A stretch of 64,000 nucleotides of DNA, from positions 1-64,000 of the IMG/VR virus record IMGVR_UViG_3300025012_000055; one strand, written 5' to 3'. A program made the position numbers and the translations under genes. Of the stretch, positions 20,964 to 30,383 are shown piece after piece (the stretch's first letter is position 1; every line of letters starts with the position of its first letter). Under the pieces are notes generated by a model, which worked only from the letters and a program-made list of their open reading frames with translations, did not search any database and had not been told where the DNA came from. Source of the DNA: a virus.

Positions 20964-21075
20964 AAGGGTTTAAGAAATGGTGGGGACCGTGGTTGTATTA
21001 AGTTTTGTAATTTCTATTTAATTTTGTTCGTTTGACTGGATTGTGAGTTTTTAAACCACCACTTCTCAAACCCTT
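20964..21075 (-). ncRNA. candidate structured RNA closed by a 20-bp stem
   Basis: 21056-21075 pairs with 20964-20983; the two mismatches are G-U only on the - strand; directly downstream of promoter 21103-21134; no ORF. Confidence 0.55.
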
Positions 21076-21081
21076 AAAACG

Positions 21082-21135
21082 TTATTTTTTTAATATATAA
21101 TACAAAGATAAACATAATATTTGAAAAAGTCAATA
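21082..21135 (-). repeat. 54-bp perfect inverted repeat (right copy) containing a sigma-A promoter
   Basis: Exact reverse complement of 19160..19213. Confidence 0.9.
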
Positions 21136-21144
21136 TCTTTAAAA

Positions 21145-21393
21145 TTATTTTTTTCTTACTTTTGGAACTCTCCAATTTGGGGAAGAACTTGATTTTGACC
21201 TATTCATTGCCTTCTCCTCTTGTTTTTTAATTTCATCATTTTCTTCAATTAAATGATTGATAAAAAACTTTCTTTCATGGACTGGCATATTCATAACATC
21301 CGAATATGAGAAATTTCCATGTTTTACCAGAGCATAAATCTCTTTCCAAATATAAACTTTATATTCATCACTTCTTAAGAAGGAAAAAAAAAA
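21145..21393 (-). CDS. -1 frameshift extension of tail assembly chaperone (G/GT-like)
   Basis: Open -1 frame DEYKVYIWKEIYALVKHGNFSYSDVMNMPVHERKFFI.. entered at a T10 run. Confidence 0.75.
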   Translation of the reverse strand, partial: FFFSFLRSDEYKVYIWKEIYALVKHGNFSYSDVMNMPVHERKFFINHLIEENDEIKKQEEKAMNRSKSSSSPNWRVPKVRKK

Positions 21394-22172
21394 TCTATGC
21401 TCATTGGAACTTGTTGTTTAAAAACATTACCATTTGGAGATTCAAACTCATATGTAAAGTCAACTCCAGGTTCAATTTTATCAATATATTTTCTAAATGC
21501 CAAAGAATCTGATGCTGGCATATTTTCAACGAATTGAGATATCCAGATTTTATCTGTTTTATCCTCAACTCTTGTTATCATTGTTGATAATCTTGTTGTT
21601 AATAAATTTGATATTCCATTGGAATTTTTACTTAATTTTGAAAGACTTTCAATCGTTTTAAGTATTTGTTGCTCCAGTCCTGCAGTTAATAGCTTAAATT
21701 TAATTTTTTTCTTTAATTTAGGGAGGGTGAAATCAAATTCCATATTTTCATCTGGTTCTGCCCCCAATCCTTTTGTTTTTAATTTTGATAAATCAACTTC
21801 AGTTTCAAACTCCTCTCCACTATTGGGGTCAGTGACTTTAACAGGATATTTTTCACCATAACCAGTACATCTGAGAAACACCATTATTGCATTTCTATCA
21901 CCAACCAATAAATCAGAAGGTTTAATATCCTTGTCTATAATACACACTTCTAAAAGTTTATCAAAAACAGTTCCGCTTCGGACCAAATTTGGTGATGTTA
22001 AGATATTCTCGCATTTAGTTGTCATAAATGCTACCTTTATTCTATCTTTTTTATTTGGATATAATATCCCATCCGATGGAAGTGGGACAATATCATACAT
22101 TTTTTCAAATTCATTTTCTGGTTCCGTAAAATATTGTTTTGATTGTGGTACTAATTTTTCTGCTGTTTCCAT
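21375..22172 (-). CDS. baseplate hub assembly / tail chaperone (T4 gp26-like)
   Basis: VPLPSDGILY, LLVGDRNAIMVFLR, EPGVDF motifs; near tail tube gene. Confidence 0.8.
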   Translation of the reverse strand: METAEKLVPQSKQYFTEPENEFEKMYDIVPLPSDGILYPNKKDRIKVAFMTTKCENILTSPNLVRSGTVFDKLLEVCIIDKDIKPSDLLVGDRNAIMVFLRCTGYGEKYPVKVTDPNSGEEFETEVDLSKLKTKGLGAEPDENMEFDFTLPKLKKKIKFKLLTAGLEQQILKTIESLSKLSKNSNGISNLLTTRLSTMITRVEDKTDKIWISQFVENMPASDSLAFRKYIDKIEPGVDFTYEFESPNGNVFKQQVPMSIDFFFPS

Positions 22173-22236
22173 GTTTTTTAATATTTAGTATTATAGTTAT
22201 TATATGTATAAATATATCAACATTAAATTTTTTTAA

Positions 22237-22698
22237 CTAATTTTTATTAATATCAAATTTTCTTAATGATGTTTTATCACCCCTTACCCACGAATTTTTG
22301 TATCTTTCCTCTTTGTTTGAACAACTTTCACATAATGTAACAATCCATCCTGTCGTATGTCCGACATTTTCTGTTGTCCCACATTTTTCACAAATATGAT
22401 ATGACATATTCTCTGCAAGTTGAATCATTCCATCTATACGATTATCCCCACCATTTGTATAAAAACATAAAGCACCGAACTTTTCCTTCACTTGGACTGC
22501 CTCAACTTGTGGAATCTTTAAATGTTCATTTAAATCAATATAACTTTGAATTGAATTACATAATTGATCCAATAAAAAAAACCAACCTTCATCAGTATCA
22601 ATGCCCCAGCACATGCAAGTTTCCATCATTGACAAATCCTTTTGTCTGAATATTTTAGGATATTTGTTAAATAATTTTTCTTGTAATTCTTTAGTCAT
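22237..22698 (-). CDS. conserved phage hypothetical protein
   Basis: GW..QVKEKFGxLxFY..CExCG..TLC pattern. Confidence 0.8.
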   Translation of the reverse strand: MTKELQEKLFNKYPKIFRQKDLSMMETCMCWGIDTDEGWFFLLDQLCNSIQSYIDLNEHLKIPQVEAVQVKEKFGALCFYTNGGDNRIDGMIQLAENMSYHICEKCGTTENVGHTTGWIVTLCESCSNKEERYKNSWVRGDKTSLRKFDINKN

Positions 22699-22756
22699 AA
22701 TATTTAAATTTAATATAAAGATAAATAGTTTTTTGAAAAAAGTAAAGAATAACTGA

Positions 22757-23788
22757 TTATTTTAATTCTTTTATCAGTTGTTCAACAACCTGAGTTCTAT
22801 TATTTTTTATATCATTTTCCCAAAATCTTAATAATTTGATATTATTATTTTTACATAATTTATTTTTATATTTATCATTTCTCAATGTTTGTTTTTGTAT
22901 ATTATATTTGGGTTCTGGATGAATATTTGGGTTACAGTGATACCAATCACCATCAACTTCAATTAAAATATCTTTATTTGGGATATAATAATCAAACAAG
23001 CTATTATTCAAATTATATTGATTTATAAATTCTATATTTAATGTTTTTAATATTTTATCAAATTCTTTTTCAAGATTACTTTTCTTTTTATGCTGTTTAG
23101 AACGAAACCATTTTATTCTTCTCTTTCTTGCATCATCTCTGTTTTTAGGGTCTGACCAATATTTTATTACTCCTACTCTAGTCTTTTCTATTTGTTCTTT
23201 GGTTCTTTTAATACCAGTTAATGCTATTGATAATTTTCTTGATCTTTCTGGGGTATTTATTTTTTCAGAATATAGTTTAACTCTTTCATCTGTTTCTTTT
23301 GTTAAACCTTTATTCCATATAACAATTTCTCCAGATTCATGCATTTTTCTTTGTGTATTTGCTGATTTTATTTTTTCTTCTGGTGTATGTTTTAAATTAC
23401 ATTTAATTCTTGCAATATGCCCTCGTTTATATTCTCTAAAACCACTTTTATCACCTAAAAATTTAGTGATCTCACCACACCCACACTTACAAGTTGGAGA
23501 TATATTATTTAATTTGAATTGAATATATGTTTGTTTTGATGAAATTTTATGTGATCTTGATCTGTGCCGCCTTAAACTACTATATTTTTTAAAACCAATA
23601 TTACATTCTGGACATTTATACGGATAATTTATTCCTTCTTTTTTTAATTTTCTTTTTATATGATTTTTTGTTCTACATTTACTAGAACAATATTTGGCAA
23701 CGCTTATTCTTGATAAAAATTCATCGTTACAAACTATACAAATACATTTAAATCTGAGTGAATATCTATCTTCTTTTTTATTTTCCAT
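22757..23788 (-). CDS. DUF559/Vsr-like endonuclease with zinc fingers and NUMOD3-like motifs
   Basis: IEVDGDWYH and LLRFWE; CKCGCG; WNKGLTKE. Confidence 0.85.
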   Translation of the reverse strand: MENKKEDRYSLRFKCICIVCNDEFLSRISVAKYCSSKCRTKNHIKRKLKKEGINYPYKCPECNIGFKKYSSLRRHRSRSHKISSKQTYIQFKLNNISPTCKCGCGEITKFLGDKSGFREYKRGHIARIKCNLKHTPEEKIKSANTQRKMHESGEIVIWNKGLTKETDERVKLYSEKINTPERSRKLSIALTGIKRTKEQIEKTRVGVIKYWSDPKNRDDARKRRIKWFRSKQHKKKSNLEKEFDKILKTLNIEFINQYNLNNSLFDYYIPNKDILIEVDGDWYHCNPNIHPEPKYNIQKQTLRNDKYKNKLCKNNNIKLLRFWENDIKNNRTQVVEQLIKELK

Positions 23789-23884
23789 AAATCCTTTTTA
23801 TTATAAATAGTTGAATATAACAAAAAGGAATGGTTATTGTGGAGAAATTTTTAAATTAATTTTATAAAAAAACCAGTTGGAAAA

Positions 23885-24373
23885 TCAATAATTCGCAATA
23901 GCCCTAAAGTACCGGAGCGTAATTTGCACATCCATTAATCCGTCATCTTCATAACTTAAATCTCCAAAATCTGCTGATTGAACCCATGCATTTTCCAACA
24001 ACCATTTTTCAATTTCAATTCCTGTTGGGTCTAATCCTTTTAACACAATATTTTTCATATAACCAGCAGCATATCCCATTCTACCTGTAACAGATTCAGT
24101 ACACAACCTTATCCATTCCATTATTTTTTGAGATGAACTTGGGCCAATTGGGTCAATAAAAGTAATATCTATTGGCTCCCATAAGTACCTGCCAGCAACC
24201 CAAGTAGAAGTATTCATATATGGAATTTCTACTTCATTAACAGTATATTTTGGTCTTCCACCAGATCTAACTACCCAGTGATCAATTATAGAACCATTAT
24301 CAAATTCAAAAACAAATCTATTTTTCCTTTTTGGCTCGTAATCTATAGGAACTCGGGTAAATAATTGTGCCAT
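23885..24373 (-). CDS. tail tube protein (T4 gp19-like)
   Basis: EPKRKNRF, AGRYLWEPIDITF, FGDLSY motifs; 162 aa. Confidence 0.9.
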   Translation of the reverse strand: MAQLFTRVPIDYEPKRKNRFVFEFDNGSIIDHWVVRSGGRPKYTVNEVEIPYMNTSTWVAGRYLWEPIDITFIDPIGPSSSQKIMEWIRLCTESVTGRMGYAAGYMKNIVLKGLDPTGIEIEKWLLENAWVQSADFGDLSYEDDGLMDVQITLRYFRAIANY

Positions 24374-24436
24374 GTTATTATAATTTTAATTTAAATATTA
24401 TTATTCTTAATTATAAATATCATCAAGTTAAAAAAA

Positions 24437-25348
24437 TTACAAAATATTTTTATTATATTCTTCAATTAATTGTTTTAATATTTGATTCCTATTGTCAAAT
24501 CTTTTAAATAATTCTTCTTTTGTTATGGAACACTTATCATGTTTGCCAATATTTTTCTTATACGGTAACATATCAAGATTAACAATATCACCAATAATAT
24601 AAATAGGAATATTTTCTTTAAATCCGGCATTTCTTGAAAACATATGTTCTAACCAATATCCTCTGTTTGCCCTTTTTTCATTATTTTTTAATAAATATAA
24701 AGGCTGAGTTCTACTATAACTATCAATTCTTTTTCTATATAATTTAAAATCTGGCATTTGTTTAATATATTTATCATATGGTATTCCAGTTACTGACTCT
24801 ATCATTTGTATTCTATTATTATAATTTTTATTTCCATATTTTTTTAACTTTGTTTCCTCTGATTGTTCTCTATTATTATAATTTTTATCACCATGATTTT
24901 TTAATTTTGTTTGTTTGGATTTTGTTTTAACTTCTTCTAATTGAGCAGGGAGTTTCCCATCATATTTTTCTAAACAATTTTTTTGATAAGTTTCAACCAT
25001 TTCATTCCACCTTCCTTCCATTGTTTTTAAAAATTGTACTCTATTATTAAATGTCTCATTATCATAGCGTTCTTTTTTAGTTAATTTACATTTAAAAGAT
25101 GAGCATTTTGGAGAACAAGAATATTTACCATATCTATTGATACTTTGAATATAAGTATTATATCTTATTTCTTTTTCTTTTTTACAAATATCACATTTAA
25201 CTTTTATTTTTGATGGACTTTTTTCCATTAAATGTTCAGGCAAAACTTCTATTCTATCTTTTACATTAACACTATATCCCAATTTTATAAAATGATACAA
25301 ATTTGTAGAAACAATTCCTATTTCTATTTTTTGATTTGGTATAATCAT
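24437..25348 (-). CDS. HNH-like endonuclease with Zn finger and NHGDxNYNNR repeats; paralog of 59295..60308
   Basis: KVKCDIC, repeats, EHMFS..IGDIVNL..N..K C-terminus. Confidence 0.75.
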   Translation of the reverse strand: MIIPNQKIEIGIVSTNLYHFIKLGYSVNVKDRIEVLPEHLMEKSPSKIKVKCDICKKEKEIRYNTYIQSINRYGKYSCSPKCSSFKCKLTKKERYDNETFNNRVQFLKTMEGRWNEMVETYQKNCLEKYDGKLPAQLEEVKTKSKQTKLKNHGDKNYNNREQSEETKLKKYGNKNYNNRIQMIESVTGIPYDKYIKQMPDFKLYRKRIDSYSRTQPLYLLKNNEKRANRGYWLEHMFSRNAGFKENIPIYIIGDIVNLDMLPYKKNIGKHDKCSITKEELFKRFDNRNQILKQLIEEYNKNIL

Positions 25349-25363
25349 AATTCTTTTTTTAAA

Positions 25364-25490
25364 TAAAACCCCCCACTATATCCATTGAACACTTTGCTAA
25401 CATAGATAGATAGGAAAGATGAATATAAGAAGGGTTTTTAATATGTTATTTTCACCTATGTTTTTATTAAAAGTGTTCAATATATAAATA
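25364..25490 (-). promoter_or_regulatory. structured 5' leader (long stem plus pseudoknot-like pairing)
   Basis: 12-bp stem 25384-25395/25470-25481; second pairing 25423-25440/25364-25381; same design at 59153-59268. Confidence 0.55.
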
Positions 25491-25519
25491 TCATCAAATT
25501 AAAAATATTTGATAAAATA

Positions 25520-25551
25520 TTAGGAAATGTCATTTATTTTACTTACCTTTG
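25520..25551 (+). promoter_or_regulatory. sigma-A early promoter
   Basis: TACCTTTG -7 element with the shared upstream consensus. Confidence 0.7.
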
Positions 25552-25579
25552 TATTATATTTCATATAAAACAATAATAA

Positions 25580-26302
25580 ATGTATCAAATACAGTACAAT
25601 AAGATGAAAAACCAAATAGAAATAACGTCCAAAACAAACATAGATAATCTTTCAGGTTATAATGATATTTTTATAACCTGGCTACCCAATGAATCCTTTA
25701 TTAATATCTTAAATAAGGTAATAGAACTTAAAAACAAGGGATTTAACCCAATTCCTCACATTCCAGTTCTAAAAATTAAAAATAAAAAAGAACTTAAATT
25801 TATATCTCATATTTTATCTAAATACACAAATACTTTATTACTTATAAGAGGTTCAGGAAAACAAGAAGGAGAATTCAATACCGTTGAATCTGTCATAAAA
25901 ACAGGGATTTTAAATAATTTTAAAATTGGGGTTGCTGGGTTTCCTGAAGGAAATGGTAATCTTGACTATAATCAAACTTTAAATATTTTAAAACAAAAGT
26001 CATCATACAGTGATTTTGTTGTTACACAATGGTCATTAAATAAAAAATCTATTAAGAGATTTTTGGATGAATCACCATTACCAGTTTATCTTGGTATCCC
26101 CAATAAATGTAATTTAAAACAATTATTAAAATTCAGTAAATTATGTGGTATTGAAAATAGTATTAAATATTATATTAATAATTCTAAAATTAATTTATTA
26201 AAATTAATGATTAATGGATTTAATCCTTCTGATATTATTAACGAATTTAAAAATCATAAAAATTTAAAAGGATTTCATATATATAGTTTTGGAAAAATAT
26301 AA
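25580..26302 (+). CDS. metF: methylenetetrahydrofolate reductase-like protein
   Basis: PIPHIP, LLLIRG, GVAGFPEG, VVTQW, HIYSFG motifs. Confidence 0.8.
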   Translation: MYQIQYNKMKNQIEITSKTNIDNLSGYNDIFITWLPNESFINILNKVIELKNKGFNPIPHIPVLKIKNKKELKFISHILSKYTNTLLLIRGSGKQEGEFNTVESVIKTGILNNFKIGVAGFPEGNGNLDYNQTLNILKQKSSYSDFVVTQWSLNKKSIKRFLDESPLPVYLGIPNKCNLKQLLKFSKLCGIENSIKYYINNSKINLLKLMINGFNPSDIINEFKNHKNLKGFHIYSFGKI

Positions 26303-26315
26303 AAATATTAAGTAA

Positions 26316-26951
26316 ATGAAAACTATTAAAGAAACATGTTACAAAGGAACAAGAATACTTGTAGGTAATGAAAAAAGAATCATAATAAACAAAATGTGTG
26401 ATTACTTAATCAAAAAAAATTATGAGGAAATCTCAATTCCCATTATTCAGATGCAAGAAATATTTGCAAATAAAATTGGCAAAGAAAATAACAATCTAAT
26501 GTTTAATTTTAGTGATAATGGAAATAGAAATATTTGCTTATCTCCAGAATATACTGCAGTAATTCAAAAATTATCAAACACTCAATTCAAATTTCAAAAC
26601 GACATAAAGTTATTTTATATCCAAGAATGTTTTAGGGGTGAAAAACCTCAAGCAGGAAGATACAGACAATTCACTCAATTAGGTGTGGAAATTATTAATC
26701 CTAAAAAAAACTATTTGGAAGAATTAATAGTTATTGCAAGCGATTTAATAGAATATTTTAAAATAAATGAATTTAAGATAAACAGAAATGTTACAAGAGG
26801 GTTAGAATATTACAAAGAAGGAAAAGGTTTTGAGATTTATTATGATAAATTAGGAAATTCAAAACAAATATGTGGTGGTGGGGAATATAATGGTGGGGTT
26901 GGTTTTGCTATTGGAATTGATAGATTAATTTCTTTTTTTATAAAAAATTAG
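26316..26951 (+). CDS. hisS: minimal histidyl-tRNA synthetase (catalytic core only)
   Basis: LSPEYT, FRGEKPQAGRYRQFTQLGVE, RGLEYY, GGGEY, GFAIGIDRL; no anticodon-binding domain. Confidence 0.85.
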   Translation: MKTIKETCYKGTRILVGNEKRIIINKMCDYLIKKNYEEISIPIIQMQEIFANKIGKENNNLMFNFSDNGNRNICLSPEYTAVIQKLSNTQFKFQNDIKLFYIQECFRGEKPQAGRYRQFTQLGVEIINPKKNYLEELIVIASDLIEYFKINEFKINRNVTRGLEYYKEGKGFEIYYDKLGNSKQICGGGEYNGGVGFAIGIDRLISFFIKN

Positions 26952-26971
26952 TTTTAAAATATTAAAAAAGT

Positions 26972-27376
26972 TTAAATAACAAATAATAGTCCCACCGATA
27001 TTAAAAATAATATTGTTCTGTTTAATGGTGTCATGTATTTGGTCCAAAAAGATGTTGATGTTGTTGATTGCGCAAACCATTTTTTTGAATATAAATTATC
27101 ATAATTATATATTTTCTTTTTTAATATGTGCCTTGTTGTATAATATGACCCATTATGGAAAAATGAAAAATTCAAAATTAATGACAATAATAATAAAAAA
27201 TTAAAATCTGATAAATAAAATAGCATAAAACACACCATAGATCTTTGAATAACGAATATGATGTGTTCGTTAAATAATTTTTCTGAATAAAGATTATAAT
27301 GATGATAAAATATAGCATCTCTAATTCCCTCTACAATTGAATATAATACCCAAATTATAAAACAAATATAAATCAT
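26972..27376 (-). CDS. membrane protein
   Basis: Several hydrophobic helices. Confidence 0.7.
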   Translation of the reverse strand: MIYICFIIWVLYSIVEGIRDAIFYHHYNLYSEKLFNEHIIFVIQRSMVCFMLFYLSDFNFLLLLSLILNFSFFHNGSYYTTRHILKKKIYNYDNLYSKKWFAQSTTSTSFWTKYMTPLNRTILFLISVGLLFVI

Positions 27377-27555
27377 TATCTATTTTTTTTAAGTGATTTG
27401 AATAATGAAACAATCAATTTAATTAAAATAATTAATGCGAAAGCAATAAAAACCCCAAATCCAATCATGTGTAATCCTGATAATGATAGGACTAAAGATA
27501 ATAGTGCCAGCCATAATTCAGGATAAAGTAGAAATATTTCTTTAATTATTTTCAT
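27376..27555 (-). CDS. 59-aa membrane protein (not in ORF track)
   Basis: MKIIKEIFLLYPELWLALLSLVLSL..; coupled to both neighbours. Confidence 0.55.
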   Translation of the reverse strand: MKIIKEIFLLYPELWLALLSLVLSLSGLHMIGFGVFIAFALIILIKLIVSLFKSLKKNR

Positions 27556-27898
27556 TATTATTAATTTTTTTATTTTCTTCTTCTGTTTTAATAAATCTTC
27601 TTACTGCTTCCATTGTGAGTTCTTTTCTATGTTGCCAATATGCATCATCCTTTTTAATTTTTGAAATATCAAATTCTTCATAACCTTCTATTAAATTTTG
27701 TTTTGATTTTTTAACAAATTTCCAAAAATATTTTTTTTTATCATGTGATATTCCCTCCCTTTCTAAAACATATCCATGATCTAATATTATGGGAATTAAA
27801 TTTCTATAAGGGTTTAATAATTTTTCATCTATATAATCCTCATAAGTTTCAATAAAAAATATATCTGGTGTTTCCATTGTTATTAATTTTTTAAACAT
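27542..27898 (-). CDS. hypothetical protein; truncated paralog of 57445..58143
   Basis: MFKKLIxMETPDIFFxETYED..EGISHDKKKY near-identical. Confidence 0.75.
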   Translation of the reverse strand: MFKKLITMETPDIFFIETYEDYIDEKLLNPYRNLIPIILDHGYVLEREGISHDKKKYFWKFVKKSKQNLIEGYEEFDISKIKKDDAYWQHRKELTMEAVRRFIKTEEENKKINNNENN

Positions 27899-27911
27899 TT
27901 CTTTTCTTTTA

Positions 27912-28142
27912 TTATATTTTTTTAGATTTTATTGATGTATTATTTTTTATATTTTTATAAAAATATTTACCTTTACTGGGATTTTTTAAAAAATTAAGAT
28001 ATTGTTGTAAGCTCACTGGACTATATTTATAAACCCCCCCATGATGAAATTTTAATACCAATGTTTTTAATTCTTCATCATATCCAATTTCTTTTATGTT
28101 TGAAGACCTGGGAACAGAAACCATTTTTATGTTATTTTCCAT
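27912..28142 (-). CDS. KTSC domain protein
   Basis: SSNIKEIGYD..L.F..G.Y.Y..V..SKGKYF..NIK. Confidence 0.9.
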   Translation of the reverse strand: MENNIKMVSVPRSSNIKEIGYDEELKTLVLKFHHGGVYKYSPVSLQQYLNFLKNPSKGKYFYKNIKNNTSIKSKKI

Positions 28143-28234
28143 GTTATTAATTTTTATTTTATTATATCGTAATGATTATAATTTTCATATTCTTATATAA
28201 ATATTTACTTATATTAAAAAAATTTAATAAAATA

Positions 28235-28266
28235 TTTGGTTTTCTCATTTATTTTATTTACCTTTG
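28235..28266 (+). promoter_or_regulatory. sigma-A early promoter
   Basis: TTTG-N20-TACCTTTG. Confidence 0.8.
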
Positions 28267-28309
28267 TGATTAATTAACTTAAATTATTAACTAAAACACT
28301 AAAAAAATT

Positions 28310-28873
28310 ATGAAAAAAGGACTATTAATATCCCTAATTATTACAGTAATAGTGGGGGGTGGATTGTTTTTCTCTTATACGGGGGCTAACAACAAAGAAA
28401 TAAAATTACGTAAAAATGTTGAGGCGCAACAAGATGTTTGCAAATCAAATTTTGATAAAATGTTTAAAACAATAGCAAAAATGGCACAAGTTCCGACAAA
28501 ATTTATGGAAGATGCCAAAGAAGCATTTAAAGAAATCTATCCCAGCTTAATTGCTGGAAGATATGATAATTCAAGAGGTGGGGCATTAATGTCATGGGTA
28601 CATGAACAAAATCCACAATTTGATATGAAAGCAGCTGGAGTATTATATGAAAATCTACAGATTGCAATTGAATCAAATCAACAGGAATTCTTTTATGAAC
28701 AAAAAAAACTTATTGATTATAAAAGAGAACATTCAACATTTATTAATATGTGGTGGAATAGTCATGTTTGGAAATTATCTTCAAGAGGTGATGTTGAGAT
28801 AACAACCATTACTTCTGATAAAACTGAAGATGTATATAAAACAGGTAAAGATAATGATTTAAATGTATTTTAA
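28310..28873 (+). CDS. LemA-like membrane-anchored protein
   Basis: N-terminal TM then helical domain (WVHEQNP). Confidence 0.6.
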   Translation: MKKGLLISLIITVIVGGGLFFSYTGANNKEIKLRKNVEAQQDVCKSNFDKMFKTIAKMAQVPTKFMEDAKEAFKEIYPSLIAGRYDNSRGGALMSWVHEQNPQFDMKAAGVLYENLQIAIESNQQEFFYEQKKLIDYKREHSTFINMWWNSHVWKLSSRGDVEITTITSDKTEDVYKTGKDNDLNVF

Positions 28874-28932
28874 TTAATTTATTTTAATATTTAAAATTAT
28901 GAAAAAAAATTGCAGATAACTCTCACAGGAAG

Positions 28933-29148
28933 ATGGCAAAACATTTAAAAATAAAGACAGAAAGTGATAATGATGTCCATTTTAATGGAGTATTTGATGA
29001 CCATACATTATGCGGATTAGACACGAATGGTGATAGCCATTTAAGAATAGGGATACCAATTGAGGTTAAAACAAAAGTAAATTGCAAGCAGTGTATATCG
29101 TTAATATCATACTGTTATTCTATAAAAAAGAGCGAATGGATAAACTAA
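28933..29148 (+). CDS. small Cys/His protein
   Basis: VH..TLCG..CKQC. Confidence 0.65.
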   Translation: MAKHLKIKTESDNDVHFNGVFDDHTLCGLDTNGDSHLRIGIPIEVKTKVNCKQCISLISYCYSIKKSEWIN

Positions 29149-29179
29149 TAACACCCCCTGTTGATTTACCATAAATAAA

Positions 29180-30301
29180 ATGGATTTTCAATTTATATTT
29201 CTTGCATTACTTATTCCATTATTTACTGCCATAATTTTATGGTTTTGGTTTAAACATCAAACTGTATGGTGGGAGTTTTTTATTCCATTTGCTGCATCAA
29301 TTATAATAATTCTTATATTCAAATTTACAGCAGAATGGTCAAGAACAAGAGATATTGAATATTGGGGAAGTTCAGTAGTAATTGCAGAATATTATGAAGA
29401 TTGGAATGAATACATTCATCGAACTTGTACATGTTGTTGTGATGATGAGGGCAATAATTGTTCAACTTATGATTGTTCTTATGTTGATTATCATTCTGAA
29501 TATTGGATAATAACAGATTCTAATGGAGAATCAATAAGAATAACTGAAAAACAATATAAAGAACTTGTTAATAAATTTAAAAATGAAATATTTGTTAATC
29601 TTAATAGACATTATTATACCAATGATGGAGATAGATATGTTTCTACATGGGATAAAACAGATGAAAAATTAGAACCTGTCATTACAGTACATAATTATGA
29701 AAATAGGGTCCAAGTATCAAATAGTGTTTTTAATTACCCGGAAGTGTCTAAAAACGATATTAAAGAGTATAAATTATATGAGTATCCAGAAATATATGAA
29801 AATTATAAACAAAAATGTATTTTGGGTAAAAGTGATGATAGTATTCAAAATTTAGCTGAAAGAAAATTACAAATATTAAATTCAAAACTTAGTTTAAAAA
29901 AACAAGTTAAAGTTTTTATTCTTTTATATAATAATTTACCTGTTATATCAGCAAATTTACAAGAATCATATTGGAAAGGTGGTAATAAAAATGAATTTAT
30001 TATTACCATTGGAATTGATGATAAAATGAATGTTAAATGGTGTAAACCATTTTCATGGACAGAAGTTGCTGAAATTAAAATAAGAGTTAGAAATTTTGTT
30101 GAAAAACAAGATAAATTAAATTTAAATGAATTAAGTGATTTTTTATATAAAGAAATAGATGATAAATTTATCAGAAAACAATTTAAAGAATTTTCTTATT
30201 TATCTGTTGAACCAACAGATGGTCAAACTATTGCTGCATTTATAGTAACATTGATTATAAATATATTATGTTCGTTATTCGTTATTAAAAATGAAATTTG
30301 A
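29180..30301 (+). CDS. membrane protein with Cys-rich loop and TPM-like domain
   Basis: Two N-terminal TMs, CTCCC, WKGGNKNE, C-terminal TM. Confidence 0.7.
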   Translation: MDFQFIFLALLIPLFTAIILWFWFKHQTVWWEFFIPFAASIIIILIFKFTAEWSRTRDIEYWGSSVVIAEYYEDWNEYIHRTCTCCCDDEGNNCSTYDCSYVDYHSEYWIITDSNGESIRITEKQYKELVNKFKNEIFVNLNRHYYTNDGDRYVSTWDKTDEKLEPVITVHNYENRVQVSNSVFNYPEVSKNDIKEYKLYEYPEIYENYKQKCILGKSDDSIQNLAERKLQILNSKLSLKKQVKVFILLYNNLPVISANLQESYWKGGNKNEFIITIGIDDKMNVKWCKPFSWTEVAEIKIRVRNFVEKQDKLNLNELSDFLYKEIDDKFIRKQFKEFSYLSVEPTDGQTIAAFIVTLIINILCSLFVIKNEI

Positions 30302-30308
30302 TAAAATA

Positions 30309-30340
30309 TTTGTTTATTTCAATTATTTTACTTACCTTTG
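30309..30340 (+). promoter_or_regulatory. sigma-A early promoter
   Basis: TTTG-N20-TACCTTTG. Confidence 0.8.
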
Positions 30341-30383
30341 TATTCTAATTAACTTAAATTACTTAACTTAAAACTTAAAAATT

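Noticed and set aside
20964-21075. Retron msr-msd
   Set aside because: Terminal inverted repeats fit, but there is no msd hairpin and no reverse transcriptase nearby.
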